DNA of 64,000 nucleotides from assembly GCF_009914755.1 (NCBI RefSeq), contig NC_060935.1; one strand, given 5' to 3'. A program made the position numbers and the translations under genes. The notes below the pieces were generated by a model. It made no database searches and had not been told where the DNA came from. It was given only the letters and a program-made list of their open reading frames with translations. Source of the stretch: the human T2T-CHM13v2.0 reference genome, Homo sapiens. Below, in pieces: positions 55,336 through 64,000 of this stretch (position 1 is its first letter; every line of letters starts with the position of its first letter).

Positions 55336-58300
55336 GTGTTGCCTTTTATTCTGTTGAATTGTCTTATTGATCTGGAAGTATTTGTTATTTATTAACATAT
55401 AATTCCATGGTTGATTTCATGTATTGTAAATATTATCTATATGACTACATGACTAGTATTTTTACTTCTACAGTAGTATATTTTGATAATAAAAGTTTCT
55501 AATTTTATTGAATCCAATTTTTTTATTGTTAGTACTTCTCTATCATGTTTCCGAAATCTCCCTTCACCGCAGCTCATAAAGATATTGCCCTGTGTTATTT
55601 TATGGAAACTTTCCTGTTCCACCTTGCACTTTTTCATCTAGTCTCCACCTCATGTCATGTATCATTTGAGGTAGGAATTAAGTTTTATGTTTTCCATATG
55701 GATATGCAACTAATCCAGTACTATTTCTTGAAAAGATTGTCTTTTCCTCACCAAGTTTCATTGCCTTCTTTGTCACATTTTAAGTGCACATATATGCAAA
55801 AATAAATTTATAGATTTTTAATTTTGTTCCATTGGTTTATTTGTATATCGTTGTGCCAATATCATACTGCCTTGGTTATTGTGCCTTTATAATAAATCTT
55901 TTTACTTGGTTGGCCACTTTCCAAAATGTTCTTCTTCAAAATCATTTTGCCTGATCTGGGTAATTTGCATTTTCATAAAAATTGTAAAAGTTTGCCAGTT
56001 TTCACACACAAAAAGAATGAGGTTTGTTTGGGAGTACATTGAGTCTATATATGAATTTGGAAGATAACTGTTTTAAAATAATGAGTCTCCTAGTATATAG
56101 TGTATTTCTCTTTTACATTATTTGTCTTACTGTAGTCAGTAATGCTTTCTTAAAAATCTATTTCTAATTGGAAATTTTAAAAATTATATATTTATGGTGT
56201 ACGTGATGTTTTGATACATGTTTATACACACACTGTGGAATGGCTACACCAACCTAATTAACATATGTAGTATCTCACATACTATTTTTTTGGTGACGGA
56301 AACAATACTTAAATTGTACTCTTCTAGCAAATTTCAAATATACAGTATATTAACTGTAGTCATCATGAGGTATAATACATATCTTGACCTTAACTTCTCA
56401 TAAGTGAAATTTTGTTTCCTCTACTCAACATATTCCCATGCCCCAACCCCCGTCTGGTAACCACACTTTCACTCCCTGTTTCTATGAGTTTGACTTCTTT
56501 AGATTCTGCATGTAAATGAGATCATGTGGTATTTCACCTACTATGCCTGTGAGTCAATAATGCTTTATAGTTTTCTATCGAAAAGTCTAGCACATCTTCT
56601 GTGAAACCTTTTTCTAGGTATTCAGTGATTTTCACTATACCATATATACTTTTTAAAACTCATTTTTGTTTTATTTCTGGAATGTAGATATAAAATAATA
56701 TGGGTTATTGAATACATGTATTATGATAATACTAAGTCCACTTAACAACTGTAATTATGTAATTGTACAAAGTTAAAATCCTTCTCTTCCAATCTTACTT
56801 TGTGTGCATTCATTCATTCATTCATTCATGCCTTATTGCACTGGCTAGAACTGCCATTATAATATTGCATAAAAATGCTGATAGCAGATACGCTTTTCCT
56901 CTTTCTGAATCTTTGTTAATGTTAGTTCTTGGTTTCTTTTCACACACCTTTTATAAGATTGATAAAACTTTTACATTCCCAGATTCCTAAGTTTTGCATC
57001 ATGGATAGGTGCTAAATATCTATTGTTTTTGTTAGCTTAGTGTTTTATTCTAGAAATTTGTCCATTTCAAATAATTTTCGTATGTCTTGTCATAAAACTA
57101 TTAATATCCTTTCCTGTTATTTCATATCTGAGGGATCTATATTGATGATTCTATTTTGGTTCTTGATATGAATTTATATCTTCTCTTTCTCTTTTTTTCC
57201 ATTGGTGATTCTTCAAAAATTTTAGTAATTGTTGGAAAAAACAAATGTTTGCTTTATTGATCTCTTTTCTATGTAATTGATTTCAATAGTATTAATGTCT
57301 GCTCTTATTTTTTATTTTTTAGTTTATTATTTTTGTAATTTAAACATGTTTTTGAGAGTTGATTTTTAATCTTTTTTCTAAGGTATGTATTTAAACATAA
57401 ATTTTCTTTGAAGTATAGTTTAGCTGCATCTAACAAATTTTTCTCACATTTTTGTCATAATTTCAATTTTTTTCCATTTTCATTATAATTTTTTCTTTAA
57501 CATGTGGGTACTTAGAAATACATTGTCAAATTTCAAGTGATTACTTTCTATGTTTTTTCTATTGCTTTAAGGCTTTGATTTACTCTGTTTAGAGAGATAC
57601 ATTGTTTTAATCTATTGTTATCGAGAATATGGAAAATTTTAGTAAATAATGTGTTTACTATTACAATTAGAAAATAATGTGTACCATAGTTGCTGAGTAC
57701 AGTCTTTCATATATGTCACTTAGGTCATATTGTTGAAATATGCTGTTTAAATCTTCCCTTCTGATTTTCTTTCTATTTGCTTCTTCCATTAAGAGAGAAA
57801 GTAAAAAATATTCCACTGTTGTTGTCAATTTATCTATTATTTTTGTCAATTTCAGCTTTATATATTCTGAGATTACATAATTTGATAAACACTAATTTAA
57901 AATTATTTTATCTTCTTGTTTAACAGTTGTCTAATAAAAGGTCTCTCTATTTCTGGTAATCTTGCTTACTTGAAGTCTTGTCTGATAGCATAGATAAGCA
58001 AGCTTTCTTTGGTCAGTGTTCACATGGTGAATAATTTCATCTTTGATTTTCAAGCTGTGTTATATTTTGATGCCTCTCTTGTGTGTTGTTTTCATTTTCA
58101 AGGCTGACGGTCCTTGCATTTTAATATATTTTCTGTTTAATTTCCTACTGAAATACTTGGATTCAAATCATCTACATTTTATGTTTTACTATTTGTATCT
58201 TGTATACTCCTTTTTTCCTTCTTCATGTAAATTATTTTGGATTGAAGTTCTTTTTAAATAATAATTACCTCTATTCCCACTTCATAGTTTATTAGTCATA

Positions 58301-58720
58301 TATGCCTTTACTATTCTTTTACAGATAACCCTGAAGAGCTTAAAATATACATCCTTGACTCTTTGAAAGAACAAAAAGAATTTGTACAGTGACCATATTT
58401 CAAACAAATGTTGGAACACTTTTCCATTCATTCCACCTGTGTATATATATATATGTGCCATTGTTTCCATGTATTTTATTATGTATATATCTTTTAATCT
58501 GCAAATGGCTTTGTTAACATGGTTTTATACAGTCATTACTTGAATAGATTGACCCACCAATTTATCCACTGCTCTCTATTCCTTCCTGCGTCTCTAATGC
58601 TTATTTAGAGTCATTTTTATTCTGTTGACAGAAATTTCTTTAGGATTTTTAATGGAACTGCTGTTGATGAATCTTCTTTTTTTTGTCTAAAATAAGTTTA
58701 TTTTTATTTTGAATTTTTTT
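55336..58720 (-). mobile_element. Old antisense L1M ORF2 fragments, with an L1MA 3' end at ~56150-56550
   Basis: T-rich antisense L1 motifs (ttccatatggatatgcaactaatccagtactatttcttgaaaagattgtc; ttattgcactggctagaac); boundaries approximate. Confidence 0.65.
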
Positions 58721-60554
58721 CTGTGGTTAGGTAGAGAATTTCGGTTTCTTTTTGCTTCCTTTTATTTTCTATATTAGTTCTTTGATACAGTTCTTGAATT
58801 TGCTCTTTTAAGTTAGTAGCAAACAAACATCATTTTTAAAACAACCATATAACTTTTTAATTAGAATATTTAATTATGTTTTCCTAACCCACAAATGCTT
58901 TTGCAATGCTGTTATTTAAAGTTTTTTTTCCGGAACTTTTATCTCTCACATATGCTTTCACTGTAATGCATATAAGCTTAGAGAGATTATTGTGATTTTC
59001 TTGGCTTTTTGGGTTTCGGGTGTATATTTTCGGGGACTTTAGGTGTCAACAGACCTAAAAGCAAAGAGAAAGTGTGGGCTGTCTTCCCACTGTGGCCAGT
59101 AATGGAGAGCTTGTGGACTGCTGGTCTCCTTCTAGAATCATACAGTTTCCCATTTCCAAAAACTAGAGGACACAGCTCATTGGTTCAGAGCCTTCTTGGT
59201 ATCCTGAGATGTGAACCTTTATTTTGCCAGCCAAATTCTTCCCAGGATCCTCACTCCACAGCTCAAATGCTGGCCTGCTTTTTCTCTGCCCAAAGGTGAA
59301 CAACTTTCTCACCAATTATTTCTGCTCAGACTCTCACAGAAACTGAGTTCTCAGAAACCACTTAACTCAGGAGATGTAGATATACTGACACTGTCAGTCT
59401 ACGTGAAGAGCTCTATTCAGGCTCTAGAATCCTCATAGTTATTTATACAAGAAGAACTTGAAGGTTAATGTACTTACGTATCTACCATTCAAATTCTTCA
59501 ATTGTTGTTTTGTACACTGTTATTTAGTTGGGTATTATAACAGAAACGAAAGAAAAGAATGTACTGACCTGCCCAGTTGGCAAATTGCACCCAAGAACCC
59601 CTCAACCCACAGAGACGCTTAATATTATATTAACAAGGTCAATATAATACCTCTCAGTGTACTGGAACTGTAATTTACTAAGTAATTAGATGTCTGACAA
59701 TACAATATTCTGGGTAAACATAAAGTAGTTTAGTAGCCACTGAATTTGCCTCATTGTATGTAAAATCTTCTTAAAAATGTTTTGAAGTAATTTTCTAGAT
59801 AGTTAATTTGCTACTTACCCAACTTTAACTGTCCCAGTTCTTATCTTACAGTGCCTCTCAAAGGTCAAGGCCAGAAGGCACACATTGAATTTTCAAAATG
59901 CTCACTTAGCCATACTTTATGGGCTGTAGCTCATTCTAATTGCTCAAGTTACATAGTAGTTACTTCATGGTATTCTTCCTTAGGCTTTATGAAAATGAAT
60001 ACTACATTTAGGTGGCTCAGTGATAATTGATACCACTAGAGACACAGATTATAGGGAACATAAGATTCTGCTGCCTTTATGTACCTGTACATTTCTCCTA
60101 AAATATATTCAGTTACTTGCAAAAGTCTTGGTAATATGTCTTGATGTAGCATATTGTATTTCAACAAAAGTGAAAGTAGATTCAGGTGCTGGTTCTGTCC
60201 TGTGACATGATAGGAATCAAATTATATTCCCAGTCTTTTTTTGCATCAATTCTCATGCCTATATTTAATATTTAGAAGCATATGCTTGGTCAGCAGCATT
60301 CTGAACTACAGCTTTGAATAATCCTCTGATTAGTTATTTTCCAGATTTCCAGGAGCTGTAAGATGGATTTAAGTAATATGTTGATTGGTTAGTAAACTAC
60401 TTGTTTTATAAATCAGCAGTGGATTCCCTTTGCGATATATTCACCCTGGTTATTTATTTCTTACTTGAAGAATCTACAAATAACGCAGATGAGTTAAAGG
60501 AAACAGAGTAGTCATATAGTAAATCAGCAAAACAAAAAATCTGAAATAAATATA

Positions 60555-60688
60555 TTTAGTTTTAATAAATGCAGACAGCATCTTGCTATGTTGCCCAGGC
60601 CGGTCTTGAACTCTTAGCCTTAAGTGAGTTTCCCATCTCGGTCTCCCAAAGTGCTGGGATTACAGGTGTGAAGCCATCATGCCCAGCC
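60555..60688 (-). mobile_element. FLAM / Alu left monomer
   Basis: tcttgctatgttgcccaggccggtcttgaactc...cccaaagtgctgggattacagg...cccagcc. Confidence 0.85.
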
Positions 60689-60927
60689 AAGAAATTTATT
60701 TAGAAGACAAACAAACAAAAAAACACACTTCAGGGACTACTTGAAGTCAGCCAAAGAACACAAAGTTATTTTGAACATGAATTCTTTACAAAGTCTTACA
60801 ACAGGTGAGGTTGGGATAAGTAAATTGGTGTAATCCTCCTTTCAAGGAGTTTAATGCTAAGTAAGGAGTCAATCGTGTAAACTACTCTATGTGACAGGTA
60901 GAAAGATGGAAATTTTTTTTTCCACAG

Positions 60928-64000
<3,073 letters not shown>

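Overview
AT-rich, CpG-poor primate (almost certainly human) genomic DNA, either intergenic or deep intronic. I find no recognisable protein-coding gene, CpG island, rRNA, tRNA or CRISPR array. The listed ORFs mostly come from Alu, L1, THE1 and microsatellite sequence. Repeats present: about 11 Alus or Alu fragments, several L1s (two with twin-priming 5' inversions), a complete THE1C provirus nested in Tigger3a, solo MaLR and ERV1 LTRs, a full-length Tigger1, MER44A, MER33, MER5, and L2/MIR relics. Subfamily names are from memory of consensus sequences and need RepeatMasker/Dfam confirmation. The most interesting structure is three long fold-back inverted repeats with ~100-115 bp arms at about 90% identity: 28150-28526, 33806-34121 and 53004-53285. 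None is explained by transposon termini, and each carries a sign of local template switching. The middle one reconstructs to a ~230 bp palindrome with a 6-nt loop. Its tip was interrupted by a 75-bp insert, flanked by a 13-bp duplication and copied in permuted order from two sites 2.2-2.7 kb downstream. Other observations: an AluSc/AluYa5 chimera, a very young 77-bp tandem duplication, intact DUX4-type motifs in THE1 LTRs, and a few weakly supported candidate exons.
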